From assembly GCA_021399395.1 (NCBI GenBank), contig JAAFKJ010000043.1, positions 18,545-82,544 on the forward strand: a stretch of DNA of 64,000 bases. The letters run 5' to 3'. This stretch comes from Candidatus Heimdallarchaeota archaeon (GTDB lineage: Archaea > Asgardarchaeota > Heimdallarchaeia > Heimdallarchaeales > Heimdallarchaeaceae). Shown here in pieces: positions 1 through 8,973 of the stretch (its first letter is position 1; every line of letters starts with the position of its first letter). The translations under genes and the position numbers were made by a program. The notes beneath the pieces are model-generated. The model was not told the origin of the DNA and ran no database searches. It worked only from the letters and a program-made list of their open reading frames with translations.

Positions 1-448
1 AATTGAAGATCACGTGGTAGATGGCAAAAAGAAGAAATTGATGGTTCATCGAAAAGGAGCTACTAGGGGTTTTCCACCAAATCATCCTGAAATTCCAGAG
101 GAGTATAAAGCACTGGGTCAACCTGTTCTTTTGGGAGGATCCATGGAAACTGGATCTTATCTGCTTACTGGAACTCAAAGAGCAATGGAAGTAAGTTTCG
201 GTTCTACTGCACATGGAGCTGGTAGAACAATGAGTAGAAGCAAAGCTAAGAGACAAATTAGAGGTGATTTCCTTCAACAAAAAATGAGGGAAAAAGGTAT
301 CTATGTTAAAGGAGCATCAATGCCAGGTTTGGCTGAAGAAGCAGGTTTTGCTTACAAAGATATTGATGAAGTAGTAAATGCTTTGAAAATTTCAGGAATT
401 AGTCATCCTATCGCAAGAGTAAAACCTCTTGGAAATGTAAAAGGATAA
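1..448 (+). CDS. rtcB: RNA-splicing ligase RtcB, C-terminal fragment (5' end lies outside the window)
   Basis: The HGAGR motif and the conserved C-terminal RtcB block (KGATRGF, SHPIARVKPLGNV) are present; the ORF runs into the window start. Confidence 0.8.
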   Translation, partial: IEDHVVDGKKKKLMVHRKGATRGFPPNHPEIPEEYKALGQPVLLGGSMETGSYLLTGTQRAMEVSFGSTAHGAGRTMSRSKAKRQIRGDFLQQKMREKGIYVKGASMPGLAEEAGFAYKDIDEVVNALKISGISHPIARVKPLGNVKG

Positions 449-460
449 ACAATCCTTTTT

Positions 461-1492
461 CTACTTTTGTCTCAAATCAACAATTTCAGTTTCAAGAACT
501 TTTTCTTTGGTCCATTCAATTATTTCTTCCAAGGATGGTTCAAGACTTTCCATTTCTGCTCCAGATGCGCCTTTATGACCTCCACCATCCATCTTTTTTG
601 CTAAGAGATCAACTCGATACTTCTCGACAGTTTGAGGTTTTAGAGATCTGCTCAATCTGAGACTTATTTTTACTTCATCTGGATAAACTGTAATATATGC
701 AACTCCTGTAGCACCTTTTTTCATAACTTCACTTGCAATAAAGGCAGTATTGTAGTGTAATGGAGAGTCAATAATTATGATGAAATCCTTAATATCTATT
801 TCTTCAGCTCGGTCAAAAGCATCCTTTCTTGACTGTCGAACAGCTTTTACACGTTCTAATATTTCCTCTTTCCAAAGACCCTTTAAACCGTTGATGGAAA
901 GAATTTCAATGAGCTGATCATGTTCTTCTATAGTATAAGTCGATTTACAGACATCTTGTAAGAACCAGATTTTGTCATCCCAATCATTTTCTTCAAAATT
1001 CTCTTTGAGAGCTAAGGGAGCTGGAGTTTTATAACTTGCAGTATCAGTTATTTCAGTAATATCTGCGAGTTCTTTCATGTAGTTCGATACCTTATCGGAA
1101 AAATAAAGTGCTATAAGAGCTGCTGCACTTGGTGCTTTGGGATCAAAAACATGTTCAGTTGCGTTGATTTTCTTCCCTACATTAGAAATATGGTGGTCGA
1201 AGAAATAATCAATTTCTTTAGAGTTAAAGGGACTTAAATCAACAATTGCGAACCAATCTGTTAAAGTAAAACTCTCCATAACTTCTTTATCTTTCAACAT
1301 AGGATAATCAATAGGTATAAATTGTAGATTCAAAGAAGGAAAAACATGTTTTAGAAGTGCTGCAGATACAACACCATCAGGACAGTTGAAATGATATCCA
1401 ACCTTTTTAGTGGTTGTTTTTGCACGCTCTAGAACCTTTGAACGATAATGCTCTTTTTGATCTATTAGATCTTTCATTGACTTTGTTGTCAT
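461..1492 (-). CDS. DHH/DHHA1 family phosphoesterase (NrnA-like nanoRNase/pAp phosphatase)
   Basis: The DHH motif (FDHHISN) and the C-terminal DHHA1 GGGH motif (DGGGHKGASG) are present; the 343-aa size fits. Confidence 0.7.
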   Translation of the reverse strand: MTTKSMKDLIDQKEHYRSKVLERAKTTTKKVGYHFNCPDGVVSAALLKHVFPSLNLQFIPIDYPMLKDKEVMESFTLTDWFAIVDLSPFNSKEIDYFFDHHISNVGKKINATEHVFDPKAPSAAALIALYFSDKVSNYMKELADITEITDTASYKTPAPLALKENFEENDWDDKIWFLQDVCKSTYTIEEHDQLIEILSINGLKGLWKEEILERVKAVRQSRKDAFDRAEEIDIKDFIIIIDSPLHYNTAFIASEVMKKGATGVAYITVYPDEVKISLRLSRSLKPQTVEKYRVDLLAKKMDGGGHKGASGAEMESLEPSLEEIIEWTKEKVLETEIVDLRQK

Positions 1493-1500
1493 AATGGTTA

Positions 1501-2280
1501 CTATCCAATATTTGTGTAGTTTCTCAAATTATCATAGAGAATTTTGGAAATTTCATCTAAATCATAAGGTGTAATTTCTATAATTTTATTCATTACTTTA
1601 GGGATAATTCCAGGTGATCCTATAACTCTCTCATTATTTATTGTATATTTAACGTTTCCATCCGATTCAGTTAATATTCGATTTATTGAAACTTCCTTGA
1701 GGACTTCAATATGGGGGGAACCTGTTAGAATTGAAGGATTAATTGTAAAGAAATAATCTCTTTCTATGAATTTTTTCAATGTTTGAGTCGGACCTGAGTA
1801 CCAGTGTATTAACACGTTAGAGGATTTAATTCTATAAGTTGAAAGTATACTCGCTACATCTTCTTCTGCTCCCTTAAGGTGAATATTTACTGGAAGATTG
1901 TTTTTTTCTGCAATTTGCAAAAAAAAGCGAAAATATTGTTCTTGGTATGGATAACGTTCTTCATTTTTGATAAAGTGATAATCTAATCCTATTTCACCAA
2001 CAACTACTTGTTTACTCTCCGAAAAGAGATGAAAGAAACTTTCTTTTATCTCATCCGTTATCGGTTTTTTTGCACTCCAGGGGTGTACACCAATACCCGG
2101 GATAATTTTTTCATATTCTTTGCTTAAATCCAAGATTTTTTTTGATTCTGAATATTTTGTTGAAACTCCAATTACATAATCCAATCCCATATCAATCCAT
2201 TTTCTCATTGAGGATTCTAACTCAAAGTCTTTCTGAAAGCTTTTGCTAGCAATATGGCAATGTGCATCATGAAATCTCAT
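1501..2280 (-). CDS. tatD: TatD family metal-dependent hydrolase/DNase
   Basis: The N-terminal HxH motif (FHDAHCH) and conserved TatD His/Glu/Asp residues (EIGLDY, NIHL, SDG) are present. The likely start is the internal Met (MRFHDAHCH), not the track start. Confidence 0.75.
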   Translation of the reverse strand: MRFHDAHCHIASKSFQKDFELESSMRKWIDMGLDYVIGVSTKYSESKKILDLSKEYEKIIPGIGVHPWSAKKPITDEIKESFFHLFSESKQVVVGEIGLDYHFIKNEERYPYQEQYFRFFLQIAEKNNLPVNIHLKGAEEDVASILSTYRIKSSNVLIHWYSGPTQTLKKFIERDYFFTINPSILTGSPHIEVLKEVSINRILTESDGNVKYTINNERVIGSPGIIPKVMNKIIEITPYDLDEISKILYDNLRNYTNIG

Positions 2281-2331
2281 TATTTGAACTTCAATCACAT
2301 CTTTTATATCTTTTCACTTTTCTGTACTAAT

Positions 2332-2508
2332 ATGGATAGTGAATTATTACCTCTAGAACAGAGAGTGAAAAAACTCGAACAAGAGGTTGAAACGTTGCGC
2401 AGATTGCTAGAATCTCATGTAAGAGATCATGGTGTTCCACCACCAGTTCATCCAGATCGTCCATTTCAACCAAAACATCCTGATGTTGGACCTCCTAAGA
2501 AATATTAA
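2332..2508 (+). CDS. small hypothetical protein (coiled-coil N-terminus, Pro-rich C-terminus)
   Basis: The ORF sits in a 230-bp gap between divergent genes. It has a heptad-like LEQRVKKLEQEVETLRRL segment; no recognised family. Confidence 0.25.
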   Translation: MDSELLPLEQRVKKLEQEVETLRRLLESHVRDHGVPPPVHPDRPFQPKHPDVGPPKKY

Positions 2509-2526
2509 CTCCATAAAAAATATACA

Positions 2527-3369
2527 GTGAAAAACATGCCAAGGAAAGACGACTATGATACTATGGTATATAAGATGATTAAGGGCAGTGATGTAATAAT
2601 CGAAGTAGTTGATGCTAGATTTCCTAGTTTATCACGAACCAAAAAATATGAAAATATGGTTCTGAGAAACTCCTCTAAAACACTTCTGATTGCCATGAAC
2701 AAAGTTGATCTTGTACCAAATCATATAGTATCAAAATGGAAAAAGATTCTTGAAAAAGAGAAAATTACAATTATTCCTACATCTGCACGAGAACGATTGA
2801 GCACAGCTGTACTTAGAAATAAGATTTTATCTTCTGTTAATAAGGAATTTTTTTACATTACTTCTTGTTTTATAGGATTACCAAATACAGGTAAGAGCTC
2901 TCTTATCAATATTCTCAAAGGAAGATCAAGTGCTCCTGTTGCTCCAATTCCTGGATATACAAAAGCATTGCAAGTACTACGAATCACAACAAGGTTAAGA
3001 ATTTTTGATACTCCTGGAGTTATTCCCTTTAAAATGTCAATGGCCGATCAAATATTACTGGGTATAGCACGACCAGAGAGACTTTCTGATCCTGTAAAAG
3101 CAGCATGGTCTCTCATACATAGAATAAATGAAATTGATCCTGATACGATTTCAAAAACTTATGAGATAGAATATGAATCTCCTCCTGAATTTCTGGAAAA
3201 ATTTGCTGAAAAAAGACACAAGATAAGGAAAGGTGGAGAACTAGATTTAGAAACTGCTGCAAGAGTTTTTCTAACAGAACACAATAATAAAGCTAAAATC
3301 CCTATTTGGGAAGATCCTGATCAATATTTGATTGAAAAACGTGAAAAAGAACGTTCTAGTAAGAAATAA
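2527..3369 (+). CDS. circularly permuted ribosome-biogenesis GTPase (YlqF/RbgA/Nog2-like)
   Basis: G4 (NKVDL) precedes G1 (GLPNTGKSSLIN) and G3 (DTPGV), which is the permuted G4-G1-G3 order typical of the YlqF/RbgA family. Confidence 0.7.
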   Translation: MKNMPRKDDYDTMVYKMIKGSDVIIEVVDARFPSLSRTKKYENMVLRNSSKTLLIAMNKVDLVPNHIVSKWKKILEKEKITIIPTSARERLSTAVLRNKILSSVNKEFFYITSCFIGLPNTGKSSLINILKGRSSAPVAPIPGYTKALQVLRITTRLRIFDTPGVIPFKMSMADQILLGIARPERLSDPVKAAWSLIHRINEIDPDTISKTYEIEYESPPEFLEKFAEKRHKIRKGGELDLETAARVFLTEHNNKAKIPIWEDPDQYLIEKREKERSSKK

Positions 3370-3400
3370 GCACCTAAAGTGGTTTTTTTCTTCTTAATAT
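3370..3400 (+). terminator. archaeal-type oligo-T terminator candidate downstream of the GTPase gene
   Basis: A run of seven T residues lies immediately 3' of the stop codon. Confidence 0.3.
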
Positions 3401-3516
3401 TACAGTTACTGAAATAATTATTATGTCACTATCGTTAATAGTTTTAAAAATCCATAAACACTTATAATAAATGCTCAAAACGTAAAAGAAAAATAAAAAA
3501 AGAAGGGGAGAAACTT

Positions 3517-4677
3517 TTATTCTCGTTTCCAACCAAACTTAGTAGTATCATAAAATGGCATTTTTACTACTTTTGCTTTAACTTGGTTTTTACGGATTTG
3601 GACTAATACTTCAGTTTCTGGTTCAGAATATTCGATATCAACAAAACCCATACCAACACCAATATTGCCAATTACGGGGGAGCGAACACCATTTACCATG
3701 TAACCTATTTTCTCTCCAGCTGTATTGAGGATCTCATAATCTGCTCTAGGAATTCCTTTATCAAGTAACTTAATTCCAACATGCTTGATCTTTACACCTT
3801 CATTCTTAGCTTTTAATAATGCTTCTTTGCCAAAGTAGAATGGTTCTTTGTCATGTTTGCAGAAGATTTTGAAATCATATCCAGTTTCTACTGGAGTAAC
3901 TTCTTCGTGAATATCCTCACCATAAAGTGGTAATCCAGCTTCTATTCTTAATGCATCACGAGCACCAAGACCACAAAGTGCTATACCTACTTCTTTGCCA
4001 GCTTCAAGAATAGCATTCCATACCTTAATACCTTTTTCAGGATTTGCTAAATCAGAATCAAAAACGACTACCTCAAAACCCATCTCGCCTGTATAGCCGG
4101 TACCGGTGAATAGACACTTACATCCTTCAATTTCAGTTTCAACCATTTTCCATCTACCAGTATCAGTAACACCTAAATTCTCTAATATTACATTTGTATT
4201 TGGTCCTTGAACTGCAAACATGGTTGTCTCTAATGTCCAATCCTTAAACTCAAGAGGTTCTCCTGTAAGTTCTTCAAAGATTTTAACAAATTGACCTATC
4301 CAAGCTAAAACTTTTACAGTTTGGCTTCCAGCGTTACATACATTGAAGTAATCTGTTTCACTCTTTTTACCAATAATTGTGTCGTCTCGGTAACCACCAT
4401 TCTCATTGAGATAATAGGTGTAACCACACTTCATATCATTCATGGCTGCAATATCTCGTGGTGTGAGTAATTCCAATAATTTTGTTGCATGCTTTCCTTT
4501 CAGAGAATAACGACCCATATCTGTTACTTCTACAATTGAAACATTTTCTCTTGTAGCCATGATTTCTTCATCAATACCAGTGTAGGAAACTGGAAGATAA
4601 TAGCCAGCAAAATCGGTCATTCTAGCGCCAGCATCTTCATGAACTTTCCACATAGGAGTTTTAACTAATTTACCCAT
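3517..4677 (-). CDS. gcvT: aminomethyltransferase, glycine cleavage system T protein
   Basis: 386 aa with GcvT N-terminal signature (TPMWKVHEDAGARMTDFAGYYLPVSY) and folate-binding fold motifs. Confidence 0.75.
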   Translation of the reverse strand: MGKLVKTPMWKVHEDAGARMTDFAGYYLPVSYTGIDEEIMATRENVSIVEVTDMGRYSLKGKHATKLLELLTPRDIAAMNDMKCGYTYYLNENGGYRDDTIIGKKSETDYFNVCNAGSQTVKVLAWIGQFVKIFEELTGEPLEFKDWTLETTMFAVQGPNTNVILENLGVTDTGRWKMVETEIEGCKCLFTGTGYTGEMGFEVVVFDSDLANPEKGIKVWNAILEAGKEVGIALCGLGARDALRIEAGLPLYGEDIHEEVTPVETGYDFKIFCKHDKEPFYFGKEALLKAKNEGVKIKHVGIKLLDKGIPRADYEILNTAGEKIGYMVNGVRSPVIGNIGVGMGFVDIEYSEPETEVLVQIRKNQVKAKVVKMPFYDTTKFGWKRE

Positions 4678-4773
4678 AATAATATCGCCTTTTAGCGTTT
4701 AATATCGGTTTTTCTTTATAGATAAAAATGTTATCCATTGTAGATAAATAAAAAAGTTGAAGGGAAGCTCGTT

Positions 4774-6159
4774 CTAATATTCTAAATGATATTTCTTAGC
4801 TTTACCCTTATGACTATCGATGAAAATCTTATCTCCTTCTGGACCATCTGGACCATCAATGAATTCTACGGGTTGTCCTGGCGATGCAAAAGCTGGTTCT
4901 TTAGGAGCTATAAATCTATATCCCTTATCATGTTTGAAGATTTGTAAAAACTCTGTTGGGTCATCATCTCTAGGACCAGTAACAACAAGTTTTGGTCCAA
5001 TCTGACTGAATAAAGATGTCCCCCAATCTGATTTGTAAATGCCTAATAAATCTTTGAAATCCTGTTGAGTTTCCTCTGGTTTAAGTTTATACTTCTCTTT
5101 GTCCTTTTCAATCTTAGCAAGAATTTTAATTATTCCAGTTGCTAGAACTAGCGCTGGCCCATTTACAGCATTTGTTAGTACAACCACTATTACCTTTTTA
5201 TCCTGAATAAGCCCAGATCTAGTAATAAACCCAGGGTACCCTCCACCATGACCAACGATTTTTATTCCAGGAAGCTCGGTGATACCAAAACCTAATCCCC
5301 AATTAATTTTCTCTGATTTAAACTGAATACGTTGCATTTCACGTTTGATGTAGTCTGGGAAGAGTGTATTATTACCAAATATGTGCGCTTTATAAAATTT
5401 GATTAAATCTTCTACAGTACTACTTAATCCTGTTGCTGAATGCATAACTTTAGCAGGGACATGCTCGAACTTTTCTCTATCTTGATTTGGATACTTAATT
5501 TTGTAACCTGTTGCATGTCTTGAAAGATTAGTCTCATCAACATCAATGATTGTGTTTTGCATATCGAGAGGATTAAGAATCTCATTTTGAATAAAATCAG
5601 GATAGCTTTGACCTGATACTGTTTCGATGATTTGTCCCAAGAGAGTAAAACCATAATTCGAGTACTTGAATACCTCACTTGTCTCGAAGAAACTAATCCC
5701 TTGCTCCACTTGAGCTTTTATTTCATCAATGGATGGAAATTCATGATTATACCAATGTGCAGTGGTGCCATCACGTGTCATTCCACTTGAGTGAGTAAGT
5801 AAATGTCTTATACGGATTTGTTTGATAGTTTCCTCTTTTTCTGAAGTGAACCAAGGTAGAAATTTGGATACTTTATCATCTAAAGAGAGTTTTTCTTCAT
5901 GATAGAGTTTCATGATTGCAGTCGCAGTAAAAAGTTTAGAATGTGATGCTATACGAAATAGATGTTGATTTGTTAGTTTAACTTTGTTTTCTAAATTTGC
6001 ATAACCATATTCTTTCTTGAAGATTATTTCATCTTCAACAAAAATTCCAACAGTGATACCAGGTATTTCTTTGATATATGTTTGGAAATCAAGCCAATTA
6101 TCAATAAGATGGAGACACTGCTTTGCAATACCTTTCTTTAACATAAAGCGAAAAAGCAA
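4774..6159 (-). CDS. beta-lactamase-family serine hydrolase (class C/PBP-like esterase or D-aminopeptidase family) with a C-terminal extra domain
   Basis: SxxK (ASHSK), YxN (YSNYG) and HGG (GHGGGYPG) motifs occur in canonical order. Confidence 0.7.
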   Translation of the reverse strand: MLFRFMLKKGIAKQCLHLIDNWLDFQTYIKEIPGITVGIFVEDEIIFKKEYGYANLENKVKLTNQHLFRIASHSKLFTATAIMKLYHEEKLSLDDKVSKFLPWFTSEKEETIKQIRIRHLLTHSSGMTRDGTTAHWYNHEFPSIDEIKAQVEQGISFFETSEVFKYSNYGFTLLGQIIETVSGQSYPDFIQNEILNPLDMQNTIIDVDETNLSRHATGYKIKYPNQDREKFEHVPAKVMHSATGLSSTVEDLIKFYKAHIFGNNTLFPDYIKREMQRIQFKSEKINWGLGFGITELPGIKIVGHGGGYPGFITRSGLIQDKKVIVVVLTNAVNGPALVLATGIIKILAKIEKDKEKYKLKPEETQQDFKDLLGIYKSDWGTSLFSQIGPKLVVTGPRDDDPTEFLQIFKHDKGYRFIAPKEPAFASPGQPVEFIDGPDGPEGDKIFIDSHKGKAKKYHLEY

Positions 6160-6192
6160 TGGGCATTAAAAACAATTTCTATCCCACTGAAC

Positions 6193-7176
6193 TTAAAAAA
6201 TCCCATCTCTCTTATTTATTGAAAGAAGTGAGATGAATTCATAAATTATGTTAGAGGCTAGTAACGAAGTAATCTCTGATGGATCAAATGAAGGTAATAC
6301 TTCAACTAAATCAAAACCCACGAAATTTAATCCTTCTAAGCCTCTTACAAGCTTCAACGTTTCTGTGCTGTTAAATCCTCCTACCTCAGGTGTCCCCGTA
6401 CCAGGTGCATATGCAGGGTCAACAAAGTCAATATCAAAACTTACAAAGACCTTAGTTCCTTCTACACGCTCTTTTATTGCATTAATAGTTTCTTCTAATC
6501 CCATCCCCTTAATATCAGAAGTTGTTAACACTTCTAATCCTAATTTTCGAGGTATTTCTAAATGTTCTGAGCTATATACGGAACCTCTTAAACCAACTTG
6601 AATAGAACTATCTACTAGAAGTAATTTTTCTTCTATAGCTCTACTGAAAGGTGTTCCATGATTGTATGGCATTCCAAAATATTCATCGATAGTATCGCTA
6701 TGAGAATCAAAGTGAATTAATGAAACAGGGCCATGTTTCTTTGCAATTGCTCTTAATTCGGGGAGAGAAATTGCATGGTCACCACCTAGGAGAATGGGAA
6801 TGATTCCATTATCTACTATAGGAAAAAGAGATTCTTCAATTCGTTTATACCCTTCTTCGATATATCCTGGAACAACTGGTAAATCACCATAATCAATACC
6901 AGAAAGATACTCAAATGGACTTATTTTTAGAATTGGGTTGTGATGTCTTAATAGAGCAGAAGTTCTTCTTATTGCGGATGGTCCTTCCCTTTGTCCAGTT
7001 CTAAAGGAAGCTCCGGCATCAGAAGGAACTCCAATTATCGCAAAGTCGACATTTTCAAGTTTTTGTGTGTGAGGTAGACGCATGAATGTTCGTATACCTG
7101 AAAATCTTGGAGATTTGATTGGATCTACTGGTTTGTACTTAGTCATATTGGTCTCACTTCTTTCTCTAATTTCCAA
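6193..7176 (-). CDS. speB: agmatinase (ureohydrolase/arginase family)
   Basis: The agmatinase-type N-terminal block (PRFSGIRTFMRLP) and the Mn-binding motifs (HFDSHSDT, SFDIDFVDP, GGDHAIS) are present. Confidence 0.75.
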   Translation of the reverse strand: MEIRERSETNMTKYKPVDPIKSPRFSGIRTFMRLPHTQKLENVDFAIIGVPSDAGASFRTGQREGPSAIRRTSALLRHHNPILKISPFEYLSGIDYGDLPVVPGYIEEGYKRIEESLFPIVDNGIIPILLGGDHAISLPELRAIAKKHGPVSLIHFDSHSDTIDEYFGMPYNHGTPFSRAIEEKLLLVDSSIQVGLRGSVYSSEHLEIPRKLGLEVLTTSDIKGMGLEETINAIKERVEGTKVFVSFDIDFVDPAYAPGTGTPEVGGFNSTETLKLVRGLEGLNFVGFDLVEVLPSFDPSEITSLLASNIIYEFISLLSINKRDGIF

Positions 7177-7211
7177 TATCAGTAATTGAATATAGAAGTA
7201 CTTCCAAATTA

Positions 7212-8951
7212 ATGTTTTCCAGAATTATAAACGTTCAAACTCCAATAAAACTTAATAGATTGATTGATATTATTAATAACTTGATAAACTTGAACCCCCT
7301 CAAAAAACAAATATTAGCCCTTCCAGTTTTGCTGATTTTTGCCTTTTCTACTCTTCATTTACAAGTAATAACTAATATTTCTGCAATTTCGGATACTGAA
7401 TCTTCAGAAAACCCTACTATTTCCTCTTTTTCGGAAACACAAAGTGCTTGGATAGTTATGGCTGGAGATGTAAAATATCACAATGATACTGAAGCTATGA
7501 AATATGGTTGTAATAAGACATATGAGATTCTGAGATCTTTTGGTCTTCCAGCGGAGAAAATTTTCTATATGGGACCAGAAGTAGATGCATTAACTCAACC
7601 TTATGTTAATACTTCTTCAACAAAAATCAATATGCAATGGGCAATTGAGGAATGGGCACCTCAGCATGTCAATTCAACACAAAGTCTAGGGTTATATCTC
7701 CTTTCTCATGGTGATATCAATGCACTTGGGGTTATGGTCGATGATGCTTTGAGGGATTATCATCTAAATTCATACTTGAATAATTTTGAAGCAACTACAG
7801 GATGTAAAAGAATTATAGTTGTAATTGAAGGATGCCATTCAGGATCATTTATTGACACCTTAAGTAAGGATAATAGAATAATTGTAACATCAACTAGCAC
7901 ATACCAAGGAGCAGCTTTCAATACTGAAAGAAACTGGGGTGCTTTTTCAGAAGCATTCTGGTCATCCATTGCTTCATGTAGATCAATAGGAGTGTCATTT
8001 GATGATGGCGTAGATCACATTAGAGCTCTTGGGAAAAATCAATCACCTAAACTTGATGATAATCATGATGGATATGGAACCACTCCTTATCCGAATGACT
8101 ATTTACCTACGGGTGGAGAAGGGTTTGATGCCTTAGACACGTGGATTCACGCTAAGCCAAGAATATGCCTTCCTAAAATCGAAATAATGAGAGTACCTCT
8201 TCATATATACGAGGTTTACGATCCTTTTACTTGCTCTGCAATTATTGAAGTTGAAATTGAAAGTTCAACAGATATAAGTAAAGTCTATGCCAGATTTGTA
8301 CCTATAGGCTGGGAGCCATATGATCCACTCGATGGTTTTATGTATCCAATAAATGATGATGAAATCCAAATGGTTGAACTGGAAAATCCTTTGATAGACA
8401 ATGTCTATATGGGAGATGTAACATTTGATGGACTAAATTTGGGTGATTCATTCAAGATTAATATATTAGCATATGATTCTTATGGGTATGTTGCTGATAT
8501 CGTATCAACCTACCTTTCTTTCAATGCACTAGGAGCAGCTCCTACTGATATAGTTCCCCCATCAGTATTTATTATTAGACCAGATTCTGATGAAGTAGTC
8601 GAAGCTAGTATTGATGTGACAGTAAAGGGTGATGATAATCAAAGATTAGAAAATATCGATCTCTATTTGGATGGAACTTTGATTGAGAGTATCTCAATGC
8701 CTGATTACTATCCATATCCTGAGTTGAGCTATATTTGTGATACTACTGAATATGAAGATGGTATTCATAATTTCACTGCTGTTGCAATTGATCATCAAGG
8801 ATTAACAAACCAAACTTCAGTATTAATTACTTTCAGAAATACAGAACCTCAAACAACACAAGGTTACTCCATTCTTATTGGGAGTGGGGCTATAATGCTA
8901 TTTGCAATAGTAGTAAAAGTTAACAAAAGAAAGAAAAGGAAATATGAATGA
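7212..8951 (+). CDS. secreted, membrane-anchored caspase-fold cysteine peptidase (C13 legumain/GPI8-like) with C-terminal beta-rich domains and a TM anchor
   Basis: An N-terminal hydrophobic signal is followed by a His...Cys dyad in legumain-like context (LLSHGD ... ~45 aa ... VVIEGCHSGSF). The C-terminus has a TM helix plus a KRKKRKYE tail. Confidence 0.45.
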   Translation: MFSRIINVQTPIKLNRLIDIINNLINLNPLKKQILALPVLLIFAFSTLHLQVITNISAISDTESSENPTISSFSETQSAWIVMAGDVKYHNDTEAMKYGCNKTYEILRSFGLPAEKIFYMGPEVDALTQPYVNTSSTKINMQWAIEEWAPQHVNSTQSLGLYLLSHGDINALGVMVDDALRDYHLNSYLNNFEATTGCKRIIVVIEGCHSGSFIDTLSKDNRIIVTSTSTYQGAAFNTERNWGAFSEAFWSSIASCRSIGVSFDDGVDHIRALGKNQSPKLDDNHDGYGTTPYPNDYLPTGGEGFDALDTWIHAKPRICLPKIEIMRVPLHIYEVYDPFTCSAIIEVEIESSTDISKVYARFVPIGWEPYDPLDGFMYPINDDEIQMVELENPLIDNVYMGDVTFDGLNLGDSFKINILAYDSYGYVADIVSTYLSFNALGAAPTDIVPPSVFIIRPDSDEVVEASIDVTVKGDDNQRLENIDLYLDGTLIESISMPDYYPYPELSYICDTTEYEDGIHNFTAVAIDHQGLTNQTSVLITFRNTEPQTTQGYSILIGSGAIMLFAIVVKVNKRKKRKYE

Positions 8952-8973
8952 GCTAAATACTCATCTCTTCTTA

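Noticed and set aside
4820-5005. Short plus-strand ORFs inside the beta-lactamase-family gene (4820-5005, 5424-5678) and similar antisense ORFs inside agmatinase (6248-6601), CoADR (9233-9646), urocanase (10695-10880, 11638-11898), TPR (19582-19809, 20317-20535) and others
   Set aside because: They are fully embedded antisense to, or out of frame with, well-supported genes. Their composition is low-complexity, as expected from AT-rich antisense strands.
6193-7176. Considered HutG (formiminoglutamase) for the arginase-fold gene, because hutU is 3 kb away
   Set aside because: The N-terminal PRFSGIRTFMRLP block is characteristic of agmatinase/SpeB. The gene is also on the opposite strand and separated from hutU by unrelated genes.
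8870-8951. Possible archaeosortase PGF-CTERM or PEF-CTERM sorting signal at the C-termini of the C13-like peptidase and the metallophosphoesterase (16740-16796)
   Set aside because: Both have a C-terminal TM helix plus a basic tail, but neither has the conserved PGF/PEF tripeptide in front of the helix. They are called generic TM anchors.
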